Positions 24,026-38,085 of a stretch of DNA of 64,000 nt are shown in pieces. The position numbers and the translations under genes were made by a program. The notes under the pieces are model-generated. The model saw nothing but the letters and a program-made list of their open reading frames with translations, was not told the DNA's origin and ran no database searches. The stretch lies in assembly GCF_009914755.1 (NCBI RefSeq), contig NC_060929.1, one strand, 5' to 3'. The stretch's first letter is position 1. Each line of letters begins with the position of its first letter. This stretch comes from the human T2T-CHM13v2.0 reference genome, Homo sapiens.

Positions 24026-25916
24026 CCTTATCTCCAGGAAAGAATGGTCATGCACCACATGAACACGGTCTGTTTCTCTGCAGTGCATCCTTATTCTGGA
24101 CACAGGCAGTGACCACAACGCCACCTCTCTCCCATGACCTCAATCATGATGGTCATCCAAAGGTTACTGGGCACAAGAGGGATTGAAAACAATAAACCTG
24201 GGACAAAATTAGGGCAAAAGTCATAAAAATTTAAAAGGAATTAGTATTGCCACTTGTTAGCTTATTAACATTCTGGCTCCGTGAATCCAGAAAAGAAAAT
24301 ACCCAGTATTCTGACTTGACACTATTTGGATAAACATTTTCCCAGGCAATGAGCTTTTGGCATTAAGGTAGAGAAAGAAAAAAACAACAGCAGGCAGTGA
24401 GACTCTCAGCATTCCTGCATATTGTTTTCATGACATATTGGTCTACACTTAAGAACTTCTCTTAAATTATTTGAGTGCTCACAAATATAGCTACTAATGC
24501 TTCTAAGGCACTTCTACTCTACTTGGCATCTTCAGCAAGTAGGCCCTATAGTAGCAAAATATAATAATAATATAGCAGCAAGAACTGGCAATTACTATGT
24601 ATTTACTAGGCACTGTGATAATCACTATATGGGTTATGTCACTGGCCTTCACAACATTTATCTAGGGAAAATACTTTTATTATCACTACTTTATAACAGG
24701 GAATGTGCAGCCCAGAAAAGCAACCTTCCCCGCATCACCTAGCTAGGAAGTGGCAGGGCTATGATTTCAGAGTCTATAACTTTAGAAAAAAAATAGTTTT
24801 ACAGACAAAGAAACTGAAGTGACTTAACCCAGTGAAGTTAGCAGAGAAGGTGCCAAAAAACAGAGGCCTTTCCTAGTCATTCAACTTAGTATCCTGACCC
24901 CAATATGTCATCACTGCTAGCTGGGGATGTTTTAATGCCAAATAAAGAAGACGCTCCATCTTTGACACTCAGGGAATTAAAGGGTTTGAAGGCAGCTTTA
25001 TCAGCATCAGACACTTTCTTCAGCAGTAATTACATGTGTGTCCAGACAGCATTTTCATAAGCAGTTCAGATGCCCAAAATGAGAAACAGTTTTGGAAGTC
25101 GCTCTGTCAGTCCTACCAAAAGGCATACTGACTTCTGCTCCCTGCTTCCATCAGATTATGCCAAAAGAGAGACAGAGACAGAGAGAGGATACCAAATTTG
25201 ATTTTAAATCTACCTATTCTAAGCTGGAAATAAAAACTCTTCCTGTCCTGGAGTCCAATGCACTCATTTTTCCCTCTCCTCAATCTTAACACCCTGTTAA
25301 TAATCAGCCCAGGCCCAACAGCCTCTGAACCACTACATTTCCTACAGTAGTCCCATATGGCGCTTACTCTTATTCAAATACTTCATCAAAAGTGCTCCCA
25401 ATCAAGCATGAAAATAAATTAGATTTTGGTTTAATCACGATTAGAGTCACATCACCAAGAAATAAAGTAACAGAGTCACCTAATCTAACAGACCAGCCTG
25501 TGACTTCCTGGCTGCTTTCCACAAGCCCCTCTTGCTAAAGCCCTCTCCTAAAACTCCTCTTTGAAGACTGTGAAATCACATGTTGGTGGAAAACTGTTAC
25601 TCTTCAAATGTCACAGACATAATTCTTAACTCTGTGCCTGCCTGACATTGCTAGTCAGGCCACAAGTAGAGTTGCTGGGTGTCGGCCTGTGAAAAGTAGC
25701 CCGGCCCGACAAAGCATCAGAATGCTTCTTATTCTTGGGCACTCTGGAGGAGCCTTCCTGGGCTTGGGCAGAGCCCATTTATTTTCTGTGGAGAGGCTAT
25801 TCACTCTTGGGCTGTATTTTATACTCACTTTCACTCCTACTGGAAATACCAAGGCGTGAGTACTGTGCAAAGCCCCAATATGGAGAAAATAAAAAATGGA
25901 CAAAGGAGAAGAGGAC

Positions 25917-26210
25917 TAAGGGATTGATAATCCAGAATATGCAAAGAAACTCTGTAACTCAACATCAACAAAAGCCAAACCAGATTTAAAAATAGGTTAA
26001 GGACTTGAACAGATATTTTTCCAAAGAAAATGTATAAATGGCCAATAAACACGTGAAGAGATGCTCAACATCACTAACCATTAGGGAAATGCAAATCAAA
26101 CCCACAATGAGATACCACTTCACAGCCATTAGGATAGCTACAATCAAAAATATAAAAATTTTTAAAAAGAAACGGAAAAGAACAAGTGTTATCAAGGATG
26201 CTGAGAAATT
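25917..26210 (+). mobile_element. L1M ORF2 3' fragment
   Basis: gacttgaacagatatttttccaaagaa...gatgctcaacatcactaaccattagggaaatgcaaatcaaacccacaatgagataccac. Confidence 0.9.
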
Positions 26211-26429
26211 TTAAAGAAAGGAGAGGCTTGACCAATCACTCCCTGTCAACATACAGCAGCTAGCAAACCAGCCAAAGAGTAAGCTCATCTCATTATTCCC
26301 CCCGCAAAAAGAAAGGCGTATTGTCCCTGCTAGGCTCCAACAATCTTTGTCAATAAAAGCCTGTTGAGAGCAATTACAACACACCCTAAAACCACAGTTA
26401 AAGCTAAAAATAAATTCTTATTACTAATT

Positions 26430-27026
26430 ACAGTTGATCATTGAACAACACTGGTTTGAACTGCTAATGTTTGATCCACTTACATGTGTAAACTTAGCTT
26501 CTGCCACCTGGGACAGCAAAACCAAACCTCCCTCTTCCTCCTCCTCAGGCTACTCTACATGAAGACGATGAAGATGAAGACCTTTATGATGATCCACTGC
26601 ATGAATAATCAATATATTTTCTCTTCCTTATGATTTTCTTAATAACATTTTCTTTCCTCCAGCTTACTTTCGGACTATGGTATATAATACATGTATCATA
26701 TAAAATGTGTTAATTGACTTATGTTATCAGTAAGTCTTCTGGTCAACAGTAGGCTATCAGCAATTATGTTTTTGAGGAGTCTAAAGTTATGCACAGCCTG
26801 GGTGACTGGCAAAATCCCATCTCTACAGAAAATACAAAAAGTAGCCGGATGTCTTGGCATGTGCCTCTAGTCCCAGCTACTTGGGAGGCTGAGGTGGGAC
26901 GATCACTTGAGCCCAGTGGGTAGAGGCTGCAGACTGCATTACTGTACTCCAGCCTGCAAAATGGAATTCTACTGCAGGGGTGGCAGGTTGGTGTTTCTAT
27001 GCCAGCATGGTTTAAGGGTCAACTGT
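26430..27026. mobile_element. Tigger2a/MER28 with an inserted truncated AluJ (~26795-26960)
   Basis: TIRs cagttgatcattgaaca / tttaagggtcaactg with TA flanks; internal gaagacgatgaagatgaagacctttatgatgatccact. Confidence 0.82.
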
Positions 27027-28029
27027 ATTTTGATAGTGTGATCTGTAATAATGTTGTATCTAGATATGATTTACTGAAGAATTAAACTTTCTCCTTTTAA
27101 AATAATTACAGAATATTCCAAAACACATACCTTAATGTAAATATCCTGTAATATAGAAATAGAGGAAGTTGAGGCAGAAGAGAAAAAAATATCCCTGGGA
27201 ATTAGAAAAATAAAATCTCAGTACTACATTTCCCCTTTTGCCACTAGCAAGCCTTCTTCAGGCCTCAGTTTCTTTATCAGTCATGCAAATGGTTAGGACA
27301 AGATATCGCTTAAGTCAAATATATGCTTAATAGCACCACCCAATAGAAGCACTTCCTTTGTCTGATTCCATGTTTGCCAGGCAATTTTCTGGTCATAATC
27401 TGACTGCCAAGTAGTTTTTCAATAGGAAATAAGTGTCAGCATTCCAGTCTCCTTGCAGTTATATTTGTTATAAATCAATAAATTGATATTAAAGTTCATA
27501 AAAATAAAGTCTGATTCTAAATAGTTGAAGGAAATGGGTCCATGTGACAGTGGAAGGCAGTTTTCAATTTTTCTAATTCAAAACCCACCTATATTATACA
27601 ACATCAGCATCCATCAATACTGAACCATCAATCAAGGGAAAGCAATTTTCAAATCATTCTTGGCCAGTGTCCATGCCACTCATTTTTTTAAACCATTCCT
27701 TTTTAGGGGAAAATGAATTCACATACACTGAAGATGTCAAAAAAATAATTACAGTGTATTTTTATGGTACATAATAATTACTTTTGACTACAGAAAATGA
27801 TACAGTTTGAAAGTTTGGGAATATACACAGGCTTCAAAGGCGGGAAGCCAAAGGAGAGGCATCTGACGATGGATCACTCTGCCCTCTTCTGAAAATACCT
27901 TCTTTAACTGGCTTTCAGAACACAACTTTCCAGGCCTTTTCTTTGCTAATTCCTCCTCTTCCCTACATCTCCCCCTGCCTACCCCGCCCCCCACCCCCAC
28001 AAAATATGAAAAAAATAAGAAAGTAAAAC

Positions 28030-28530
28030 AAATTCAGGCCTGCGTTCGAAACTCTCCAGGGAGATCCAGATACTCTTCCAGGGCTTATGAAGCCCTAGGT
28101 GATCTGGCCAGAACTGTTTTCTTGGACCTCATCTCCTTCCACTCTCCCCCTGCTCACTCTGCTCCCAGTCATTGCTGCCTTGCCACTCCTGAAGCATAGC
28201 AAGAGTGCCCTGGGCTCTGCACCTTGGCCCTCACTCTTCCTTTCTGCCTGAAATGATTGTCCCCCATCTTCACATGACTGTGTCCCTCATTTCACAGACT
28301 CCCACAGTGAAGTCTTCCCTGATCACTCAAACAGCATCCCTCCCCATTTCGTTCCCTGAGAGTTTTTCCTTTACAGCACATATCACCACTGAACATTTGT
28401 GTACTGTCTATGTATCTGTGTAGGATGCATAGAACAGGGACTACATCAGTTTTGTTTGTTGCTGTATCCCCAGTCTTACAATAGCATCTGACATGTAGAA
28501 GGCACACAATATTTGTTGACTGAATATGTG
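28030..28530 (+). mobile_element. L2 3' end
   Basis: ccctgctcactctgctccca...gctgtatccccagt...atgtagaaggcacacaatatttgttgactgaat. Confidence 0.75.
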
Positions 28531-29977
28531 AACGGTTACAAGATAATAAATTACAGTCAAAATGACCAAACTAAATTCCATCGAATGGGTACTTTCACCA
28601 AAATAGAAAAGGAGTTAATCCAACACATCTGTCACAGTAAAATGGCAACTGGGATTTGGTCCAAACAACAACTTCAAAGACTGTTGATATCCTATCTACC
28701 ACATATTGACTAGGTGCTGGCAATATAGTGATCAACTTTACTCTGTCTCTGCCTTCAAAGACCTCATGGTCTCCCCAAGGAGGCCAACTTGTAAGTATTC
28801 TGAACACAGATAAGGGAAGGAACAACTAACCTGGAGACACCGGGGGCCGCTGGGAGAAGAGCAAGAAGACTCTAAGAGTGCTGTGTGTTCTATGGACAAG
28901 TTCACACAACCCACAGGAAAACAGGAACAAGGAATTACTCCCACTCTCACCACATAACCAGTCAGAGGCCTCCATTCCTTTTCTAACTGCAAGGCCATCT
29001 TTTCCCTAGTTGGCATTCTTCCTTTGACAACTGCTTCAGTATTTCTCACAACCCCAGCTGAAGTTAACTGACATGCGCACACACATTGAGGTTTCATGAA
29101 ACTTTCTGTTCTCAAATAATCACACACCATAGATTTTGGTTTAAGATGCATTTCCACCTCTGGCCCCATAAGTCCTATGCGCGTTCCAGGCACTGATCAA
29201 ATCTCATGACAAGGGATCTGCTCAAAATATTCCACCAACCAAAACATCAGGCAGCCTTCACCACACAAATTTCCCAGTTCAATGGGCTTTTTTATTGCTT
29301 ATTTACAAAGTTAACAAACTCAACATATGGTTTTTGGTATGGCAATTGGAATTAATAGCTGCTAACTACAGAATTTTTTTCCCTAAAAGACTTTCTCAAG
29401 GTTTAAGGTCTTTGCTGAATTTAAGAAATATCTTGAAAGATTCATACATGCAAAGTGCTTTACAACCTTATTCACTCCTGTGGCAATGAAAACCCTTGAA
29501 AAGGTTTCCTCTTTCCTCTCTGTACCAATTTTGGCTGTTTCTAGTCAACAAGAGAAAAAGGACATTGGCTAGAAAGACAGGGTATCTCTGTAGTTCCAGT
29601 AAATATTTACTCTATAAATTGAACTTCTGTTTATCTGTGTAATCCACATTACTTGCTTTTTTCTTTTTTTCACCCCCAAGAGTGAAAGATATCACTGTTG
29701 GGAATCCGGGCAGATATATGGGGGAGGAAAGAGGGTTCAAAAAAATAATTACATACAATTTATCTCTGCTATGACATCCTCTCACCAATGTAAATAATCC
29801 AAGTCCTAACTAATATCTATCAATTCTTGTTGTCTTCTTTGGCTTGTCTGATTTTATAACCTTGCCAACACAAACCCCTCCTCTCAGAATCTAGAGATGG
29901 CTTAAAATATAATTTTCATTTTCTGTAATTTGATTCCCTGGATCAAAAACTAACTTTGAAATCTTCATCAACAACTT

Positions 29978-30405
<428 letters not shown>

Positions 30406-31690
30406 TGAGTATCACCATGACATTCCCTACTCTAGATAAGTGTGCCCACTCACACTCAGGGTTCTGGCATCTCCAATTGGTAGCAACTACCTCTAAGGTG
30501 CTTCCTTAAGATAAGAAGTCTTGGGACTTAAAAGCTTCCCAATTGGTCAAAGCACTTCCTCAGAATCAAGCTTCTCTCCCTGCTTCCAGGTCTGTGGCCA
30601 TCCCAGTTCTGATCACCTACCTGGTCTTTGAGTAACTTCTCTGTTCATATCACATGTTCTCCTTTTTCTTGTCTTCCACCTGGTTCCAGCCAAACGAACC
30701 ATCTCTGTGGCTTGATCTACTGCACCTGATCCACTGCATTTGACTCAGGACCTCAATGTCATGTTCAGCATGTGCTTCTGCAAGACCTGGCTGTCAGCCG
30801 CTGCCTTGCCATGCAGCCGTGGCCACTAACTTCACTGGGCCCCTTTGGCTTTCTCCCCAAGCCTCGGCACTCTGCAGCCCCACAGTGATTTGGCCAACTG
30901 TAGAAGGAACTTAAAGCCCTGCCTGCAGGGGTGGGAAAGCCCTAATTCTTAAGATATTTAAAGCTTTATTCTTCTCTTTCTGGCACCTCAAGTATTGTAA
31001 CATCAATCTCTGAGATGTCTCTGAATACACAGGTAGTGGGTCACAGGTTGTAATATTCCACCTTCCTTGCAGTGAAAAAAAATAGAAGTCTCTCTCCCAA
31101 CCCCCACTGAATGAGGATCACAACTATTCCTTATCGACGAATCTGCTTTTAGGGCTCTGGAAAGTCAATGCTTTGAATTCCTCCACCACTTGGAGGCTAT
31201 GGCAGTGACTATATCCCTTTACTCTAATCATATCATTTCATTTTTATCAAAATATCTGGGTATTGCATAGGGATTACAATACAAATCAAGTTAAACAGGC
31301 TTATTAAAATAGAATACTCCCTCCTTGGAACATGTGATCAAAAGCTGAGGGCAGTAACAGAAGCTAATGAAAGGAATTAATGTACACATGGATTCCTCTG
31401 AGTGTGCTCTGGAGAAAGGCTACCTGGGCACAAATCTTGACTCCACCTTTTACAGTCTGTGTAGTTTCGATATGCTTTTCCCCCTTCTTATGCCGTAATT
31501 TCTAAACCTGTAACATGGGAATAACAGAAGGCACCTCAGAGTTTTAGACAAGCATGTCAATATCTGGGAAGTGCTTAGAAAATGTGATTCAGAGTTATTA
31601 CAAACCACAAAATGAACAGCTATAAAGCAAAACAAAACAAAAAACTAAAAACCATTGCCAGGCATTGGGAATTAAGAAGTCAGGGTTTTA

Positions 31691-32003
31691 AGGTAGGTGC
31701 GGTGGTTCACGCCTACAATCCCAACACTTTGGGAGGCTGAGGTAGATGGATCACAAGGTCAGGAGCTCAAGACCAGCCTGACCAACACGGTGAAACTCTG
31801 TCTCTACTAAAAATACAAAAATTAGCCGGGAGTGGTGGCACGTGCCTGTAATCCCAGCTACTCAGGAGGCTGAGGCAGGAGAATTGCTTGAACCCGGGAG
31901 GCAGGTTGCAGTGAGCCGAGATTGCGCCACTGCACTCTAGCCTGGGTAACACAGAGAGGCTCCATCTCAAAAAAAAAAAAAAAAAAATGAAAAGAAAAAA
32001 GAA
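31691..32003 (+). mobile_element. AluS (Sc/Sg-like)
   Basis: Full dimer; TSD aagaagtcag(g/a)gtttt. Confidence 0.95.
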
Positions 32004-32036
32004 AGAAGTCAGAGTTTTGGACAAGGCTCTGTCATT

Positions 32037-32483
32037 TTGTGGCTTCTGGAGTGGGTTTAAATTGGTTGCAAATTCTTTGTGACACCCCTCTTGGAGAGGT
32101 GTTTTCTACTTACTTCTTTAACCTTAATCTAGGCTGGGAAAACAGCTGTTTTGACCAACAGAACACACAGAAATGATCCTGTGCCCGTTTCACTTCCATA
32201 TTTTAAGAGAACAGGCACCTTTACCTCCTCTTTCTCGGAACCCAGCTGCCATGCTGAGAGGAAGCCCAAGCCACATAGGGATGCCCATGTTGAAGAGAAT
32301 TGAGCTGATCTCCCAATTCACAGGCAACATTAGTTTGCCATTCATATGATTAAGCCATCTTGGAAGTAGATCCTCTTGCTCTAGTCACTGACACAAGTCT
32401 TCCCCCTGAACTCTGCCCAAACTGCAAATCCATGAGTAAATAAGATGGTTATTTTCAACCTCTAAATTTTGGAGCAGTTTGTT
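32037..32483 (+). mobile_element. MLT1-family MaLR LTR (MLT1G/H-like)
   Basis: caaattctttgtgacacccctc...ttttgaccaacagaa...agccatcttggaagtagatcctc...ctctgcccaaactgcaaatccatgag...aaattttggagcagtttgtt. Confidence 0.7.
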
Positions 32484-34634
32484 GGATTCTGCACCAGGTC
32501 TTGACCCTGCTCTTCTTACGCTTATGCTAATGCTATGGCTAAGACAGACATTCAACAGCTCATTACAATGAAGTGTGATTTTCTAAAGGCAGAGGACTAT
32601 AAAGAGGCAAAAAAGGGTGTGTGAATACTAGGTGATCTTTCAGGCCCCTTCCAATGCTGATATTTTATAATTAATTTGATGATGAACAGCACAGCTGCGA
32701 GCTGGCCACTTGGAGATAGTCACACAAGATAATCTAGGTAGAGAACAACTTTCTTCTATACAATTCTCCTTCTTAATTAGAGCATCAACGAAGAGGTGGC
32801 ATTTCAGGAGTTACTCAACACGCAAATGGTGAAAGCATGGAGAGTTGCCTCTATGGCCTAATTCAGAAGTGGAATGATCTGATACAAAATGATTTGAATG
32901 AAGATCTAAGAAGAAAGTAAGGGAAATATGATTTCCAGGGGCATCCAATGTTTCCAAGTAAATAGTGATGCAGAATTTTGTCTGTCCATTGTTTAAATAA
33001 TGTTTAAAAGGCAAAGAGTTTAAGTTGATTGCTTTGTACAAATTCTTTGAGTAAGAATATTTTTTCATCTCCAGAGGTTATGATTGCCATGGGAGAAATT
33101 TTTTAAAAATAAATTTTTATTTTTGTACATAAATAGGCAACTGTCTACCAGACAACCAGATCAAGCAGACAACTACTCTGCAAGAATAAGTAAAGTCAAG
33201 TTTTACCCTAATATTGCTAAACCTTAAGATATCTTCCTTCCAGATACCTGGGATTATTTAACAAGATTAAACTACATACTGGCCCCACAAATTTAACCAA
33301 GACCAATAGAGCTAACTGCTGATCTAAAAGTCACGACCACGAAGAATATGCCAGAGCTGTCCCTTGGAAGATTTCGGGAGAATTTAATGCTGCTTAAAGT
33401 GTGGCCATTCGGCTTCTTGATCATGGGGGAGAGAGGTTGAATTCAAACATTTAGTTTTTGCAATGCTTTTGATTTGCCTGATGTTGAAGTCCTTCCTTAA
33501 TCTCAATTTTAAAAAAAAATCCCTTCAAATCTTTATGACAGGAACAGCTATAGCCAAGAAAAAAGAACAAATCACTAGTTTATCCGTCTACATTTTCCTT
33601 TTGTATTTCTGTTGTTACTGCTATGAATTCCTTTGCTTTCAAAAAAGCGTTCAGACTTGACATAAGCCATTTATGGTCAATAAATACATAAAAATATGTT
33701 TGAATGTTCATAGAGGCAATTTTACTATCTGCTGTAATCAACTCAGGATCTTAAATGGCTATTGTTCAAACTAAAGATACAAAAGGAACACACTCATGAA
33801 TTTCCTGTTTTCCATTTTGAAGTACACATGCAAAACACCTCATGCCCAACACCCATCCCTAGGTCTCCTAATTGTGTATCCCTCGCACACAAATCCCTCC
33901 TATCTCCCTAGTATCCAAGCATTCCTGGAGTACTAGGTGCAGAGGCCAACACCTCAGTGGTTGACCAAAGCTTGCTGCTGTCACTAACAGGATCAGCAGA
34001 TGACAACCAGAAATTGATTAAACTCACTCTCTAGTTCAGGATGTTACAGAGTCAGTGTCAACATTACTGTCAAAGAGTCAATGACTTCTGTGGCTAGGGG
34101 ACCCTTACAGAAGGAGTAAGCCCGCAAGTCAACACCAATGAGAGCCATTTTGTTTATGATACCCAGGATAATGGCAGGTATTTTCAGAGTTCTTCCTGCC
34201 CCTGAAATGCCTAGTAAACATCAGGCTGAAACTGACCCCACAGTGACCTCTAGACAGCATTGAGGCTCCTGGGCAATCAGAGAGATGGCACTAAAGGGGC
34301 CCTGAGGGGTTTTATTAGCTCTGCTTCCAGGTGAGGAGGAGGACTCAACCATCAAAAGTGAATGGCAACTTTGCCCTACAAGATATTAAGCGAAAACTAG
34401 TGTTTAAGAGAAAAATGACAGGGAATAGAAACACCAAAGATCTAATGTGAGGAATACAAACGAATTGTATTTGAATCTATGGATACTGCTCTGTGGATAT
34501 TAGAAAAATGGTAAATACTAAAGTTATTGCCCATGTTAAATTGAACTGAGATTTAGGGTCCACAAGGTATGAACCACACACTCTCTTGCCTTACAAATTA
34601 TCTTTACACATATTCTAATTTAAAATATGTACAA

Positions 34635-34932
<298 letters not shown>

Positions 34933-36971
34933 TCAACCTGCAGGATAACTAACATTGATTGGAAAGAGGTACAACTAAATCATGGTACCTAAAACTGGCT
35001 CGAAAGCAAGCAAAAAATGAATGAGCAGACACCGATGAGAAGAAAAGAACATCTGGTAAAGGATATAGCTGAGGAAGGAACTTATTTCCTTAGGAACAAT
35101 ATTATGTCATATACTGCTCAAATAGTTTTCCAGCCAATGCAGGGACTACAAAGCACTCTCAACTCTTTCATTTGCCTACAAGCTTTATAGGGATTACTTA
35201 GGGAGTGGATACAACTAGGCAAAAAAAAATGGGTAATTTTATGTGGCACCTGAGTGTCACATTCTCTGCTCACCCAATGTGCTCAAGGACGTGCCAATAG
35301 GACTAAAGTCAATTCACATCTCTTCCTTCACTCAGGGTTCTAGCCCCCCCTTCTCCTAAGTCTGCGATTCATTTAAACAAAGGTTACTGGACAGCACTCT
35401 GCTGCATAGAAACATCGTGAAGGGCCTGGCAAAGAGTCTCTGCAAAAGAAATGCCTTCAGTTTTGGGGTTTTCAATGACCTTAGAAGATCACCAAAGGCT
35501 TCTCCTGAAACAGGGTTAGTGATGGAGCAGGGCCCTGGGTTCTAGTTCAGATTTGAGACCGTTAATTATAAAATTGGCAAAAGTCACTTAAATCCTCATG
35601 CCTCCTCCCTCACCTCCCATTTTTAAGTTCTCACTCTCAGCATTTCTTGAGTCTTCTACATCACAGGGGCAACAGCCGTTAAGGATTAGCAAATGCTCTA
35701 CTTCATTCAGCCAGCACCTCAAAATGCTATTTCAAACCGGAGCAGGAACAGCACAGCAGCAGCATGACACTTAAGAGCACCAGGCAGGGCCCAATAGCAT
35801 TCACCAGCCCGACGGCAGACCTCCTAGGTTTCCCCCAACCCCATTTAATCCCCCCTCTTTCCCATCACCAGGTGTTCCCTCACACACACACACCCCCGCA
35901 GGGGCTCCATCCCTGCATTTTTCCCTTCACCATTGGTAGTCTGACATCACCATTATCTGCCTTCCGGCTGCTTTTACACTGTTTTCCTTTTCTTCCTCTT
36001 TCCTCTCTTCAGCCATACTCAAGAAACACGGACTACTTATGCTACTTTTGCCCCCATAAATGGCTCAGTGATGGAACCAAGAGGGAAACCCACAGACACC
36101 AAGCCTCTAGCTGTAGACACTAAGCACACAGACTTCCTCTTCTTTTCAGCACCCAGTTCTACGGGCTTCTCATCACTTTTCAGGTATTCAAAGCTTTGAG
36201 GGATGTGCCCGAAGCATCCCTAAAGTCATGAAAAAAGATGGCTTTGGGCATCTTACCGCTCACACATTTGCATAGTGTTTGATGTAGCTTTAATTTCAAA
36301 GCTGGTCTCAAACACTCAAGTGGATAGGTTACAGTGGGAGCCCAGGAATTGCAAATGCGCTTGCCTCAAAGACTCAGGAGTCCAGATCCGGGCAGGAAAT
36401 AAAGTTCTAAAGCGGCTTTGAAGTGCTTTCTCCCCAGACCCCTCCCCAGCGCGGGTCATTCATCTCAGCCTAGGGAAGAGACCACCTTGCCTGAACGTAG
36501 CCAAACGCATCGCACGTGGGAGCCAAGTGGGAGATGAAATAATCCAATGCGTCCCCCTCACCACCACCACCCCCACCAAATTAGTTACCGTCGGCTTAAA
36601 CTCATCGGGAATGTCCGTGTATTTTACCGATCAGGGAAATAAAATGGTGTATATAAATTAGTGGAAGCGGGTGGGAAGGAACAAGGGATGCAGACTGTCG
36701 TGAGTAAAACGCCTCGCGGCTTGGTGAGAGGTTGTTTCTTTTTTAAGCCACTCATTTCAGACTGAAATATCAAGCCAGTTCAGGTCATTTCCTGAGTAGC
36801 ACTACAAGTTAAAACAAGATCCAGAAAATCTATTAATCTTCAATTGCGCTGCCTCCAGACTGGGAGCACAGGGGGATAGGGTGTAGGGCTGTGGGGAGGT
36901 CGAGGGGAGGGGGATTTGTGGAAAAGCAAACGCCCGAGAAACCCTAGCTCCCGACCTCAGCTGTTTCTTAC

Positions 36972-37028
36972 CTCACTCAGCTCGGCCGAGGAGTCGTTTC
37001 CATATTTCATGGCAACTCCGGAATTCAT
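36972..37028 (-). CDS. MCC: Coding part of the first exon of MCC (colorectal mutant cancer protein), short isoform; 19 codons MNSGVAMKYGNDSSAELSE, phase-0 intron follows
   Basis: Minus strand reads gcatcATGAATTCCGGAGTTGCCATGAAATATGGAAACGACTCCTCGGCCGAGCTGAGTGAG|gtaagaaac. Peptide matches the MCC N-terminus as I recall it; consensus donor; lies at the edge of a CpG island. Confidence 0.93.
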
Positions 37029-37560
37029 GATGCACTTTTCAGAGCTGGGCTCTCAGTCCCCCAGGTCTCGGAGCTTAAGAGTTGGACTTCACAGGCTCAA
37101 TATCCACTGCTTGGTCCCTTCTGCCACATTTTAGTCTAGACAGCCATTTTCACCCAGGACAGTTGCGAAGCGCAAACGGAGGATGCAGGCACTCTTAAAA
37201 AGAGCAGCCGTGGCTCGCGTTTCACGGACGAGCCATTGCTGCAGGAGGCTCGGTGGCGCGGCGCGCTCGCAGCTGCGGCAGCGGCGGAGCCCGCGCGGGG
37301 ACCCTCCCGCGCGCACCCAGCGCCCCGTTCCGGGGCAGTGCCACCCTGGGCGCCGCCTCGCCACTCCTACGGTGCCTCGCCGCCCCCCATTACCAGGATG
37401 GAGGGCACTTCCCAGCACGAGCCGACACCCTAGAGGGCACCGGCGAGCTCCCGAAAAAACTAGGGCGGTGGGGCGAGGAAGATCCGCGCCTCGGATTCCA
37501 GAGAAGGAAAGAAAGCTAGAGGGAGCCGGAGCGGAGCTGCACTTCACGCCGAAGTTTCCC
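37029..37560 (-). other. MCC: 5' UTR portion of MCC short-isoform exon 1 (TSS position approximate)
   Basis: Contiguous with the start codon and runs into the CpG island; upstream boundary is inferred, not seen. Confidence 0.65.
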
Positions 37561-38085
37561 CTTCGAATCGTCTGGAGTTGTAAGTGGTTTCTGATTGAAC
37601 ACAGCTGTCTAGCTGCTGGCCACGGGGTGCGCGGAGGAGGCGGGGCTAGAGGGAGAAAAGGGTGGGGGCGAGTAGCCTGGAGGCCGAGCAGAGGAGACCG
37701 TGCTGGGAGAGCAGAGCAGGCATCCTTCCAGTTCTCTGCAATAGTAATTAAGGACCCGAGTCCAGGAGGGGGAGTAGAAACAGGAAAAGCCACCTGAATA
37801 ATCGTGCAGGAAATTAAAAAAAAAAAAAGAAAAGAAAAAGAAAAAAAACTTCCCTCATAGGAGCCGCTTTCCATGATTTAATAAGGTCAAGACAAACCTA
37901 AACACTGTACATCAGACAGCACGGTGCACTTCTCACGGAACATTAAGATTTTACAAGGGTGCAGGGCAGTCATTTTCCCTAATCAGTCTAAAGTCAACGC
38001 TACGGGTGTAAATTCAATGTCAAACTCCCTCTGTCTGTCACTGGGGCAGAGTACATTTTCTGCATGTCCATAATGAAGATAGAGG

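Larger units (their letters stand above)
36380..37750 (-). promoter_or_regulatory. MCC: CpG island / TATA-less internal promoter of MCC
   Basis: Only CpG-dense stretch in the window (core 37160-37700); GC boxes gaggcggggc (~37637) and gggtgggggcg (~37660); overlaps a first coding exon. Confidence 0.9.

Noticed and set aside
28738-29193. 151-aa minus-strand ORF
   Set aside because: No recognisable homology, partly overlaps an L2 fragment, and no MCC peptide match that I recall
37131-37874. 247-aa minus-strand ORF and overlapping 204-aa plus-strand ORF (37183-37797)
   Set aside because: Arg/Pro/Gly/Ala-rich read-through of a stop-poor CpG island with no recognisable domain; the minus ORF starts upstream of the likely TSS and runs through a poly-T tract
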